NCBI RefSeq assembly: GCF_046119375.1
Contig: NW_027362769.1
Span: 363,382,001 to 363,446,000 of the forward strand
Source of the DNA: Phyllobates terribilis
Lineage: Eukaryota
Direction of reading: 5' to 3'
DNA: 64,000 nucleotides
Below the pieces are notes generated by a model that saw nothing but the letters and a program-made list of their open reading frames with translations, was not told where the DNA came from and did no database searches. The translations under genes and the position numbers were made by a program. Below are positions 53,345 through 64,000 of this stretch, piece after piece (positions within the stretch are counted from its first letter, which is position 1; each line of letters opens with the position of its first letter).

Positions 53345-54886
53345 CAGGGGTCCTCAAACTTTTTAAACAGGGGGCCAGTTCACGGTCCCTCAGACCATTG
53401 GAGGGCCGGAATATAGTTTTTAAAAAAAACTATGAACAAATTACTATGCACACTGCACATATCTTATTTTGTAGTAAAAAAAACAATACAGGAACAAATA
53501 CAATATTTAAAATGAAGAACAAGTAAAGTTAAATCAACCGGTATTTCAATAGGTAGGTAACTGTACCCAATAGGCAGCATAGGTCCTCAATAGGCAGGTA
53601 AATGTCCCCAATAGGCAGCATCGGTCCTCAATAGGCAGGTAAATATCCCCAATAGGCAGGTAAATGTCCCCCATAGGCAGGTAAATGTCCCCAATAGGCA
53701 GCATAGGTCCCCAATAGGCAGGTAAATGTACCCAATAGGCAGCATAGGTCCCCAATAGGCAGGTAAATGTCCCCAATAGGCAGCATAGGTCCTCAATGGG
53801 CAGGTAAATGTTCCAAATAGGCAGGCTGTTTCCCCCTTATAATGCCATATGCAGGCTGTTCCACCCCTTATAATGCCCCATGCAGGCTGTTCCCCCCCAT
53901 ATAATGCCCCATGCAGCATGTCACCCCCCCATATAATGCCCCATGCAGCATGTCACCCCCCCATATTATGCCCCATGCAGCATGTCACCCCCCCATATTA
54001 TGCCCCATGCAGCATGTCACCCCCCCATATTATGCCCCATGCAGCATGTCACCCCCCCTATATTATGCCCCATGCAGGATGTCACCCCCCATATAATGCC
54101 CCATGCAGGATGTCACCCCCCATATAATGCCCCATGCAGGATAACACTCCCCTGTCTTTATTATACCCCATGCAGCATGTCACCCCCCACATATAATGCC
54201 CCATGCAGCATGTCACCCCCCATATAATGCCCCATGCAGCATGTCACCCCCCAATATAATGCCACATGCAGCTTGTCACACCCCCCCATATAATGCCACA
54301 TGCAGCATGTCACCCCCCCCATATCATGCCCCATGCAGGATGTTTACCCCCCCCATATTATACCCCTTGCAGCATGTCACCCCCCCATATAATGCCCCAT
54401 GCAGGATGTCACCCCCCATATCATGCCCCATGCAGGATGTCACTTCCCCATATTATACCCCTTGCAGGATGTCACTCCTCCATATAATGACCTATGCCTC
54501 CATACATTAAAAAAAAAAATAAAATCCAATACTCACCTCACTTCTCACCTAATGCCGCTGCCGCTGCCCTACTCTGGTCTGGACTCCAGCGTCGCGGCGG
54601 CGTCGTCCCGCTCTGCGCTGCCTGTGACGGCACTCGGGAGGGCGCGGTGTAAAGACGTCACCGCATCCTCTGACCTGAGACGTCACAGAAAGCGCAGAGC
54701 AGGAAGACAGCGGATCTGCAGAGGCACAGGGAGAGGTAAGTATCCGCCTGCCGGGGCCCTGAGCAAGCGGGGGAGAAGGGCAGGTGCTGACACCGCTCCC
54801 CTCTCCTCCACCCATAGCCCGGCGGGCCGGATAAAAGTCCTCCGCGGGCCGCATGTGGCCCGCGGGCCGTAGTTTGAGGACCCCTG
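53345..54886. mobile_element. hAT/Charlie non-autonomous element inside the LTR, with internal minisatellites
   Basis: Perfect 16-bp TIR CAGGGGTCCTCAAACT; perfect 8-bp TSD GTCTAGCC (53337-53344, 54887-54894). Confidence 0.93.
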
Positions 54887-55935
54887 GTCTAGCCTTTGCT
54901 AGTCTGTCGGCTGTCTCTGTGCGGTCAAAATACTGTGTGTAATGTGACCTCCCTCCGGGAGCGCAGATCCTATGTGGGCCTGCGCCGGTAAGGGACACAG
55001 CCCTCGTACCCTGGACTTGGGACGAGAGGTAGGTTGTAGACAAGTAATGTCTCAACCCGGCCAAGGACCAGGATCAAGAAGGCCCTGGGAGCTTTAGAGT
55101 GTGGCTCCCCAGCAAATGGGTCCCGGGGAGGATGCAGACGGAGCGGAGCACGCCACCTGTCATCGCCTACCTGATCTATTCAGAGGGATTCCGGCTGCAA
55201 GAGGGGTACCGGCCCTCGACACCCGACCTTGTACTCTATGTCCTGGACGGGAAAGCCCGGTTAGGCCCTGAGGATCCCACCGGGCATCGGATGGAGAGGA
55301 ATTGCCACCCGTGCCCTAGTCCTGAGAGGAGCTCAGAGGGAGACCCGGCCTATCTACACACGCACAGACGGGAAAGGGTGAAGTTTATAGTGCAGGAACA
55401 CTCTGGTGTAGGGTCGCTACCGAACACTGGACTTTCTCGGAGGTAGTCGGACCACCGTCCCTGGTGGCCGCAGGACTCCGCGGGGAGCAGGGAGTCGCCT
55501 TCCCGCTGACATCTCTAAGTGAGTAAAGCCTTGGAAGTTCACCCCTATGGCCTCTGGAGTGTTCATTACGCGCCATACCATGCGACGCGGTGCCCGTACT
55601 CCCCGCACTACTACCCCCTCTCTTTCCTGTTTGCCTGCCCTGAGGCCTTGCTCCGCCTGTGGGGAGCAGCGAGAACTTTAGCCGCCATGACACCGGGCCT
55701 CAGCGGACTGCAGCGGCGCTGGTGACCCTTCACCAGGCACCACAGGTGGCGTAGTCGTTAAAATAAGCCACTCAACCCGGACAAGCCCACAGCATCTCTT
55801 TCTAATGTGACGGCCCTGAGCACGGGTCGGGCCTAGGCCACGGCTGCATCCCATCTCTCCATCACAGGGCCCGACACCGAGTCCCCCATCACCCAGGGTA
55901 AAACATGGGTTTCTCTGAGTAGAGGCGTCACAACC

Positions 55936-55953
55936 TGGCGTAGTCGGCAGGAT
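55936..55953 (+). promoter_or_regulatory. Primer-binding site for tRNA-Ser
   Basis: TGGCGTAGTCGGCAGGAT, 3 nt after the LTR end; same as copy A. Confidence 0.9.
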
Positions 55954-56312
55954 CGCGTGCCCGCAGCAAAGGAAGAAGTGCCTATTGCTATCGGGTACTG
56001 TGTGCCTTACACCTTGAACTGTTGTTTACACTTAAAATGGCGCCCGCCCAAGAAGAACAGACGCCATAATGCTGTGAAAAGACTGTCTTTGAACACCTCC
56101 CATCGTGGGCTGGGCTCCCGCTTGGCGCCAAAAAGGTGGACTGCCCCTTCCATCAGAGACTGTCCGCGGGGTAATGCCCGTCAAACTGGATGGGCTGAAC
56201 AAAGGCGGGCCTGTCAGCATTCCGCCCAGGAACCGCCCCGAGAGAGGAGGAAGAAGCAAAACAACAAGGTTCGGCCATTGCAGTTGGAGCTTGGCAGTCA
56301 ACGGAGGCAGAC

Positions 56313-57245
56313 ATGGATGCCTCTGGGGAGCAAGACCACGCATCTACTGAACCCGGTTCAGGCCCTTCACCCGGCAGAGAGCAAGGCGGCAGCGTATTGA
56401 CCCCGGGAGATATTACATTTCTCCAGCAGGAAGCTCCGGAACTCCTAAAAAGGCAGATAGAGGCCCAGGAGGCGGCGACGGCTGCGTGGCGGGAAGAGAT
56501 GCTGCTGCGTATCCGGGACCGCCGTCAAGGAGTAGAGGTCCCAGGACAAGTCGACTCGGTGACAGAGGTCAAGAGCGGCCCAGCGGCGGGTGAGTGTGCA
56601 ACCCCTGCCCTGGCTGCAGAGCCTACCGTGACTATCTTGGACCTCATGTCGGAGTACCTGATTCCCCACGAGGTCACCTGGGAGCAAGCGTTGGCTCCAG
56701 AGCTGCAATCGGCAGCCATGGGTGAGGACCTGCGATGCCGCCCAAACCCTGATTCGGAGGTGCCTGAAGCTGCAGAGGAAACTACCGGCTCCAACCTGGA
56801 CTGGTCCGTGTCTACAGAGGACTCGCAGCAACCCGTTCTAACCCCGCTACCTGCATGGCAGGAACCTGGCCCGAGGCTGAGGATTGGGCCTGGGAAAACT
56901 AGGGAGGCGACCTAATGGGCTTCCCCCGGGAGACCAGGGCTGAAGCGCGGAGGAGGATCCAGTGGTGCAGCGACCAGATATTCCAGCTCGCATGGGAGCA
57001 GCGTCGGCGGGAGCAGCGCTGCGAGCACCTCGAGGTCAGGACCAAAGCTGCAAAAACTCGGGCGCGTCAGGAGGAGGCCACCCGTCCCAGTCCCCGGTAC
57101 GAAGGCCAAGTCGTCCGTTTTCATCGTGAGGCGGGGTGGGGGTTCATCCGGTGTCCCCAGTTCCAAGACGATGTGTTCGTCAGCCGGCGGGAAGTCGAGC
57201 AGCGCCTCAAGAAGGGACACCCCGGTCGGAACCTCTTCCCAGGAG
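56313..57245 (+). pseudogene. Copy B ORF, 5' part, frameshifted; ends in the N-terminal two-thirds of the cold-shock domain
   Basis: AWREEM, GDLMGFPRETRAEARRR and YEGQVVRFHREAGWGFIR..DDVFVSRREV..NLFPG align to copy A. Confidence 0.8.
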
Positions 57246-58329
57246 GAGAGCCAGGCGGAGGTGACCGAGCGGACCGGGAGGACCAGTAGGAGGCGACCGG
57301 AGGGACGAGCGCAAGAGAGCGCTGTGGCAGCGTGCAGTGCCGGCCAGCGGAGGGTGCCAGGTGGTGGTGACCAGGAGGTGATCAGGAGGACCGGTAAGAG
57401 GCGACCGGAGGGACAAGCGCGCTGTGATAGCGTGCAGCGTCCCTAGAGGAGGTGAGTGAGGGGCAGGAGGCCGCGATAAGCGGCCCTACTGAACCCAAGT
57501 GTGTACTGTACTGTATTGTATTTGTATCTGTATTGTAATTGTATTGTATTCCCTAGTCCATATTTAATTGATTACCCCCCCGTCCATATTTAAATTGATT
57601 CCCCTGAACACCCCTGTCCATATTTAACTGATCCCTCTGACCACATTAAATTGACCCCCCGTCCTCATTTAATTGATCCCCGACCACCCCCCGTCCATAT
57701 TAAAGTGATCCCCCTGACCACATTTAAATGATTGACCCCCCCAGCCCATAATTGATTGATCCCCCTTGTCCTATTTAATAGATTCCCCTTGTCCACTTTT
57801 ACTCATCCCCAGTCCCTATCTATTTGCCTTATCCCCCACCATATTTAATTAACCCCTGTCCATAATTAATTGATTGATTCCCCAGACCACAATTAATTAT
57901 TTCCCCAGTCCATATTTATTGATATTATTGATACTTATTGATCCCCAGTCCTTAGTTAATTGACCCACCGTCCATACCTATTTATTTGCTTTACCCCAAA
58001 TCGTATTTAATTAAACCCCCTGTCCATAATTAATTGATTGATTCCCTAGTCCACAATTAATTATTTCCCCAGTTCATACTTATTGATCCCAGTCCATAGT
58101 TAATTGACACACCGTGCATACTTAATTAATCCACCTGACCCACTCAGCTGATCCCCCGTCCATACTTAATTGATACTTAATTGATCCCCCGTCCATACTT
58201 AACTGATCCCGCGCCGATATCTAATCGATACACTTGCACATCCCTAATTGATCCCCGTCCATACTCCTATATATAAATAATTGTGTTTTGTACTTGTACA
58301 TATATACTGACTGTATCCCCATATTTAGA

Positions 58330-59256
58330 ATGACGTCCATGTTGGCCGGAGCCGTGCAGTGTACATCTTGCGCAATGTATGCATTCCCTGAGCTACCGCT
58401 CAGGGATCCATACTGCTGCGAGAGATGTGAGCATATCGTGCACTTGGAAGCCCAAATCCTGGATCTAAGTGCTCAGATAGCGGTACTGAGGAGCATCGAC
58501 AACATGGAACGGAGTTTGCTGCTCACCGAGCAGACACTCAATGGGTCAACACTGGAGGTGGAGCTTAGTGGAGAAGCGCAGGCTGAACAGGCAGGGAGCT
58601 GGGTAACAGTTAGAAGGGATAGAGGGAAGAAATATAGGAAGGCTGGTTCAGAACCGGCATTATTGGAGCACGACAGATCCTCTGACCGCCGGGGGAGTGT
58701 ATGCTCCAGTAATGAGGGGGAGGGGGGAAGTGTAGGGCAGACTAGACAGGTCCTGGTAGTGGGTGACTCTATTATTAGGGGGACAGACAGGGCAATCTGT
58801 CACAAAGACCGGGATCGCCGAACGGTGTGCTGCCTCCCTGGCGCTCGAGTCCGGCACATCGCGGATCAGGTTGACAGGTTACTGGGTGGGGCTGGCGAAG
58901 ACCCAGCGGTCATGGTCCACATTGGCACCAATGACAAAGTGAGTGGTAGATGGAGGGTCCTTAAAAATGATTTCAGGGATCTAGGTAGGAAGCTTAGGGC
59001 AAGGACCTCCAAGGTAGTTTTCTCAGAAATACTACCAATCCCGCGAGCCACACAGGAGCGCCAACGGGAGGTTAGGGAGGTGAATAAGTGGCTAAAGAGT
59101 TGGTGCAAGGCAGAAGAGTTTGGGTTCATGGACAACTGGGCCGACTTCGCTGTCGGCTACAGGCTCTACCGTAGGGACGGGCTGCACCTCAATGGGGAGG
59201 GTGCAGCGGTGCTGGGGAAGAAGATGGCTAATAGGTTGGAGGAGTTTTTAAACTAG
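58330..59256 (+). CDS. CR1 ORF1: zinc finger, coiled coil and SGNH esterase (ATG at 58330)
   Basis: CTSC..CCERC; VVGDSII, CLPGA, HIGTND, DGLHLN. Confidence 0.9.
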   Translation: MTSMLAGAVQCTSCAMYAFPELPLRDPYCCERCEHIVHLEAQILDLSAQIAVLRSIDNMERSLLLTEQTLNGSTLEVELSGEAQAEQAGSWVTVRRDRGKKYRKAGSEPALLEHDRSSDRRGSVCSSNEGEGGSVGQTRQVLVVGDSIIRGTDRAICHKDRDRRTVCCLPGARVRHIADQVDRLLGGAGEDPAVMVHIGTNDKVSGRWRVLKNDFRDLGRKLRARTSKVVFSEILPIPRATQERQREVREVNKWLKSWCKAEEFGFMDNWADFAVGYRLYRRDGLHLNGEGAAVLGKKMANRLEEFLN

Positions 59257-59290
59257 AGATGGGGGGGGAAACCACGGAAATAGGTGGGAT

Positions 59291-62191
59291 GTGAGGCAAG
59301 CAAGGGGGAAGGGGAGAAGTGAATATAATGAGGGTGGAGAGGGGGGTGGGGATAGTACAGTTAGATCGTTAGAGAAGAATAGGATGCTAAATAACCCCAA
59401 AGTTTTATCTTGCATGCTGACCAACGCAAGAAGCCTGACCAATAAGGCGGATGAGCTGCGGGCGCTTATATCGGAGGAGAGGTATGACATCGTAGGTATA
59501 ACAGAGACTTGGCTAGACGATAGCTACGACTGGGCGGTAAATTTAACAGATTATAGTTTATTTAGAAGGGACCGGAAACAGGGGAAGGGCGGAGGAGTCT
59601 GCTTATATGTAAAGTCACGTCTAAAGCCCAGACTAAGGGAAGATATAGGAGAGGGAGAAGAGGGGGTCGAGTCCATGTGGGTAGAGATAGAGGGGGCAAA
59701 AAATAATAATAAAATATTACTGGGGGTCTGCTATAAGCCACCCAATATAACAGAGGAGAATGAGAAACTGCTATTAGGACAAATAGACAAAGTAGCAAAA
59801 CATAATGAGGTGATTGTAATGGGGGACTTCAACTACCCGGATATTGACTGGGAAACAGAAACCTGTAGATCGCAGAAAGGAAAAAGGTTCTTGACAAATA
59901 TCAAGGATAATTATCTCTCCCAACTAGTGCAGGAACCAACGAGAGGGAAGGCAGTGTTGGACTTAATATTGACTAATAGGCCTGATAGAATAACTGAGGT
60001 ACAGATAGGGGGGCACCTAGGTAATAGCGATCATAATATTATCAATTTCAAAATGCCCTTCAGTAGGGTTATCAATAAGGGAACAACTAAAACATTAAAC
60101 TTTAGGAGGGCGAAGTTTGATCAGCTGAAAGAAAACCTTCAACTTATAGACTGGGACAAAGTTCTTAATCAAGGAAATACGAATAGTAAATGGGAAACCT
60201 TCAAAAGAATTCTGAATACTCAGTGCGAGAGGTATATACCGTATGGGAATAAAAGGGCCAGAAATAAGAGGAAACCAATATGGTTGAATAAGAACGTAAA
60301 AGGGGCGTTAAATAGCAAAAAAGAGGCATTCAAGAGATTAAAACAGGAAAACAGTAAGGAGGCACTAATGTGTTACAAGGAAAAAACGAGAACCTGCAAA
60401 AAACAAATAAAAATAGCAAAGGAGGAAACAGAGAGACGTATTGCTAGGGAAAGTAGATCAAATCCCAAACTGTTCTTTACGTATATAAATAGTAAAAGGA
60501 TTAAATCGAATAATATTGGACCGATAAAAAGTGATGAAGGCAAAATCATAAAGAAAGATGAGGATAAAGCTAATCTATTAAATACATTTTTTTCGTCAAC
60601 TTTCACAAAGGAAAAAGAATTAACAGGCGAAATGAGAAGTGACAAGCTTAATCCTCCACTAAGTATGACAAATCTAACCCAAGCTGGGGTACAGAAACGC
60701 CTCAGTAACATTAAAATAAACAAATCACCAGGACCTGATGGCATACACCCACGGGTACTAAGGGAACTAAGTAATGTGATAGACAGACCATTATATCTTA
60801 TATTTAAGGACTCTGTTGAGACTGGGTCTGTACCACTTGATTGGCGACAGGCGAATGTAGTGCCAATATTCAAAAAGGGAGCAAAAAGTATCACCGGAAA
60901 CTATCGGCCGGTGAGTCTGACGTCCGTTGTGGGCAAAATTTTTGAAGGCTTTATTAATGAGGCAATCATGGAGCATCTTGATGCTAATAATCTATTAACC
61001 CCGAACCAACATGGATTCATGAGGAATCGCTCCTGCCAAACAAACCTGATTGACTTCTACGAGGAGGTGAGCTCTCGAGTAGATCAGCGGGAACCAGTGG
61101 ATGTCGTGTATCTCGACTTCTCAAAAGCGTTCGATAGCGTGCCACATAATAGGTTGGTATACAAAATGAGAATGATGGGGCTGGGGGAAAATGTCTGCAA
61201 GTGGGTAGCTAACTGGCTAAAGGATAGAAGGCAGAGGGTGGTTATAAATGGAATATACTCAGATTGGGTAAGCGTCACTAGTGGGGTACCACAGGGGTCT
61301 GTACTAGGCTCAATGTTATTTAATATCTTTATTAACGACATAGTCAACGGGATAAATAGTAAAATATCAATATTTGCAGATGACACAAAGTTATGTAAAA
61401 CAATTAATACAAAAGAGGACAGTGCAGACCTACAGAGGGATTTGGATAAGCTGGGTAGGTGGAGCATTAAATGGCAAATGAGGTTTAACGAGGAGAAATG
61501 TAAGGTCATACATATGGGAAGGAAAAATGGAAGTCACCAGTACTCACTGAATGGGAAATCATTGGGGAATTCAGAGATGGAGAAGGACTTGGGCATCTTG
61601 ATTGATAGCAAACTAAATTGGAGTGCCCAAAGTCAGGCCGCTGCTGTAAGGGCAAACAGGGTAATGGGATGTATCAGAAGAGGTATAGCTGCAAAGGATG
61701 AGAACATTGTTCTTCCACTGTACAAAGCACTGGTCAGACCACACTTGGAATACTGTGCTCAGTTATGGGCCCCAATATATAGAAAGGATATAAATGAGCT
61801 TGAAAAGGTACAAAGGAGGGCAACAAAATTAATAAGGGGAATGGAGGGACTGCAATACCCAGAGAGGTTGGCAAAACTAGGACTATTCAGCCTGGAAAAG
61901 AGAAGGTTGAGGGGGGACATAATAAATGTGTACAAATATGTTAGGGGACAGTATAGAGACCTTGCCCGGGATTTGTTCAAAAGGAGGGATATTACGGTAA
62001 CAAGAGGGCATTCACTAAGACTGGAAGAGAAAAGGTTTCAGCACCAGCATAGGAAGGGGTTCTTTACGGTAAGAGCAGTGAGAATATGGAATTCACTGAG
62101 TGAGGAGACGGTAATGTCGGATTCACTACACCAGTTCAAGCGGGGACTGGATGCTTTTCTAGATACCAGGCAGATTTCTGCATATACTTAA
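59291..62191 (+). CDS. CR1 ORF2: endonuclease plus reverse transcriptase (start codon uncertain)
   Basis: TNARS, GITETW, YKPP, GDFN, SDHN; YRPVSL, QHGF, LDFSKAFD, GVPQGSVLG, FADD; open throughout. Confidence 0.95.
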   Translation: MRQARGKGRSEYNEGGEGGGDSTVRSLEKNRMLNNPKVLSCMLTNARSLTNKADELRALISEERYDIVGITETWLDDSYDWAVNLTDYSLFRRDRKQGKGGGVCLYVKSRLKPRLREDIGEGEEGVESMWVEIEGAKNNNKILLGVCYKPPNITEENEKLLLGQIDKVAKHNEVIVMGDFNYPDIDWETETCRSQKGKRFLTNIKDNYLSQLVQEPTRGKAVLDLILTNRPDRITEVQIGGHLGNSDHNIINFKMPFSRVINKGTTKTLNFRRAKFDQLKENLQLIDWDKVLNQGNTNSKWETFKRILNTQCERYIPYGNKRARNKRKPIWLNKNVKGALNSKKEAFKRLKQENSKEALMCYKEKTRTCKKQIKIAKEETERRIARESRSNPKLFFTYINSKRIKSNNIGPIKSDEGKIIKKDEDKANLLNTFFSSTFTKEKELTGEMRSDKLNPPLSMTNLTQAGVQKRLSNIKINKSPGPDGIHPRVLRELSNVIDRPLYLIFKDSVETGSVPLDWRQANVVPIFKKGAKSITGNYRPVSLTSVVGKIFEGFINEAIMEHLDANNLLTPNQHGFMRNRSCQTNLIDFYEEVSSRVDQREPVDVVYLDFSKAFDSVPHNRLVYKMRMMGLGENVCKWVANWLKDRRQRVVINGIYSDWVSVTSGVPQGSVLGSMLFNIFINDIVNGINSKISIFADDTKLCKTINTKEDSADLQRDLDKLGRWSIKWQMRFNEEKCKVIHMGRKNGSHQYSLNGKSLGNSEMEKDLGILIDSKLNWSAQSQAAAVRANRVMGCIRRGIAAKDENIVLPLYKALVRPHLEYCAQLWAPIYRKDINELEKVQRRATKLIRGMEGLQYPERLAKLGLFSLEKRRLRGDIINVYKYVRGQYRDLARDLFKRRDITVTRGHSLRLEEKRFQHQHRKGFFTVRAVRIWNSLSEETVMSDSLHQFKRGLDAFLDTRQISAYT

Positions 62192-62400
62192 CAATAGAAT
62201 AAAATAGTAGGTTGATACAGGGATTTATTCTGACTGCTGGTTTCAGAGTCGGGAGGGAATTTTTCCTCAGGTGAAGATTGGCCAAATCATTTGGGGTTTT
62301 TGCCCTCCTCTGGATCAACTTTAGCAATTACAGACCTAACAGGTCGAACTTGATGGACGCAAGTCTTTATTCGGCTTTACTAACTATGTGACACCTATGT

Positions 62401-62562
62401 GACACAGTGACTTTCACTTGCCACCAGGGGGAGCGTGGGTGGTACGCCCTGGACGTACACAAAGTGTCCGGGAGCGACGCCACCCCGCGCTCAGCCTCAG
62501 GGGACCGGCTAGCCACCGTCGGGAGGAATGAGCCCTTTCCAAGACGGCAGCCCGAAGTTTAA
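62401..62562 (+). pseudogene. C-terminal remainder of the copy B cold-shock-domain ORF
   Basis: Translates DTVTFTCHQGERGWYALDVHKV..., matching copy A DVVTFTRHQCAKGPYALHVHRL; TAA at 62560-62562. Confidence 0.85.
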
Positions 62563-62962
62563 AGCAGCCCCCGGCTGTTGTTGCAGTTTTGTTTACAAGT
62601 TTAAAAGTTGACTTTTCCTATTATGCTTAATTTCTAACCCGGTTTCTAGAGACACCTGTCCCTGCGGACTAGCAGACAGACTCTTTCCCCCTGTATATAG
62701 TTTGCATCTCCTTAGGTGCTCCATATTGGTTTTATGCAAAACCGCGGATATTCTCTACCTCAAAACCTCAGAAGAAAAACCTGTTAGGGTGGCTCTCCGG
62801 GAGGTCCAACTCTGGATCTGCATGCCTTGCAGCCACCCCAGGGCCAACGTGGAGGGTTTAGGACCGGTCCCTCGCACTTCTGAACTGACTCGGTGTCCTT
62901 GCACTTTACCTGTCTGTCTGCAATAATGTCTCTGGAAAAATGCTAGCACTTTTATAATTTTA

Positions 62963-64000
62963 CTAGATGTTGGCCCGATTCTAACGCATCGGGTATTCTA
63001 GAATAGGTATGCGGCCGACCGGGCGCAATCAGCAGAGCGGTTTTAAAATTTGGCGCCAAAATCGCTGATTGGTCGAGGCTAGCAATCACGACCAATTAGC
63101 AAAGCGGTGTTAAAACTTGGCGCCTATATCGCAGATTGGTCACGGCCGGCGGTCGCGACTAATCAGCAGAGCGGGGTTTAAATTTGGCGCCAATAATGCT
63201 GATTGGTCGCGGCCAGCGAACGTGACCAATCAGCAGAGTGTGGTTTAAATTTGGCGGCAATAATGCTGATTGGTTGCGGCCGGCGGTCGCGACCAATCAG
63301 CAGAGCGTTATTTAAATTTGGCGCCAGTAATGGTGATTGGTTACGGCCGCGACTAATCAGCAGAGCGGTGTTTAAATTTGTCGCCAATAATGCTGGTTAT
63401 TCGTGACCGGTAACCGCGACCAATGAGCAGAGCGGTGTTTAAATATGGTGCCAATATCGCTGATTGGTCGCGGCCGGCCACCACGACCAATTAGCGAAGC
63501 GGTGTTTAAATTTGGCGCCAATATCGCTGATTGGTCACGACAGGTGGTTGCGACTAATCAGCAGAGCGAGGTTTAAATTTGGCCCCAATACTGCTGATTG
63601 GTCGCGGCTGGCGACCAATCAGCAGAGCGGAGTTTACATTTGGCGCCAAAATCGCTGATTGGTCGTGCCCGGCAGTCGCGACCAATCAGCAGAGCAGGGT
63701 TTAAATTTTGCGCCAATACTGCTGATTGTTTGCGGCTGGCGACCGCGACCAATCAGCAGAGCGTTGTTTAAATTTGGCACCAAAATCGCTGATTGGTCGT
63801 GGCCAGCGGTGGCGACCAATCAGCAGAGCGGGGTTTAAATTTGGCGCCAATACTGCTCATTGGTCGCGGCCGGTGACCGCGACCAATCAGCAGAGCGGTG
63901 TTTCAAATTGGCACCAAAATCGCTGATTGGTCGCGGCCGGCCACCGCGTCCAATAAGCAGAGCGTTGTTTAAATTTGGCGCCAATCTCGCTGATTGGTCG
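62963..64000 (-). mobile_element. Non-autonomous Helitron #2 (3' end), same family as #1, runs off the window
   Basis: A | CTAGATGTTGGCCCGATTCTAACGCATCGGG is the reverse complement of the #1 3' end; same CCAAT array follows. Confidence 0.88.

Larger units (their letters stand above)
57246..62400 (+). mobile_element. CR1 LINE #2, apparently full-length with both ORFs intact
   Basis: ~1.1 kb 5' UTR, ORF1, ORF2, 3' UTR ending CTATGTGACAC CTATGT(GACAC); both junctions fall inside the copy B CSD. Confidence 0.9.
53024..62962 (+). mobile_element. Cold-shock-domain LTR element copy B (divergent subfamily): 5' LTR 53024-55932 plus interior, interrupted by hAT, CR1 and Helitron insertions
   Basis: CATG | TGTGGCACCCC start; LTR ends GGCGTCACA; PBS at 55936-55953; ORF homologous to copy A. 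Confidence 0.8.

Noticed and set aside
53546-54510. Met/Pro/His-rich ORFs
   Set aside because: Minisatellite translations inside the Charlie element
56913-56917. TAATG stop-start overlap as coupled termination-reinitiation
   Set aside because: The CSD frame continues upstream as EDWAWEN*GGDLM, aligning to copy A EDAQFAWDPTGEDLM, so the overlap results from a frameshift and decay

Overview
Vertebrate genomic DNA, most likely a frog (inferred from the Xenopus-type H1 sequence and anuran-style repeats). It is a transposon-invaded replication-dependent histone locus. Histone genes are H2A(+), H4(-), H3(-), H1(-) and a truncated H2A(-); no H2B is visible. Main mobile elements: (1) an 11.3 kb Mutator/Foldback-like element (31358-42654, 9-bp TSD) encoding a MULE-SWIM-Ulp1-PHD protein, inserted between the H3 stem-loop and its U7-binding site; (2) two divergent copies and a likely LTR fragment of an LTR element with a tRNA-Ser PBS, no visible gag/pol and a cold-shock-domain ORF; (3) two CR1 LINEs with intact ORF2; (4) two non-autonomous Helitrons filled with CCAAT/E2F/CHR-like palindromic arrays; (5) a non-autonomous piggyBac carrying telomere-like repeats; (6) several hAT, Harbinger and Kolobok-type MITEs, a Penelope fragment and satellites. 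A 37-bp minisatellite behind H1 is an amplified U7 histone downstream element. Most ORFs in the supplied track are artefacts of repeats. All family assignments come from reading motifs by eye; no database searches were run.
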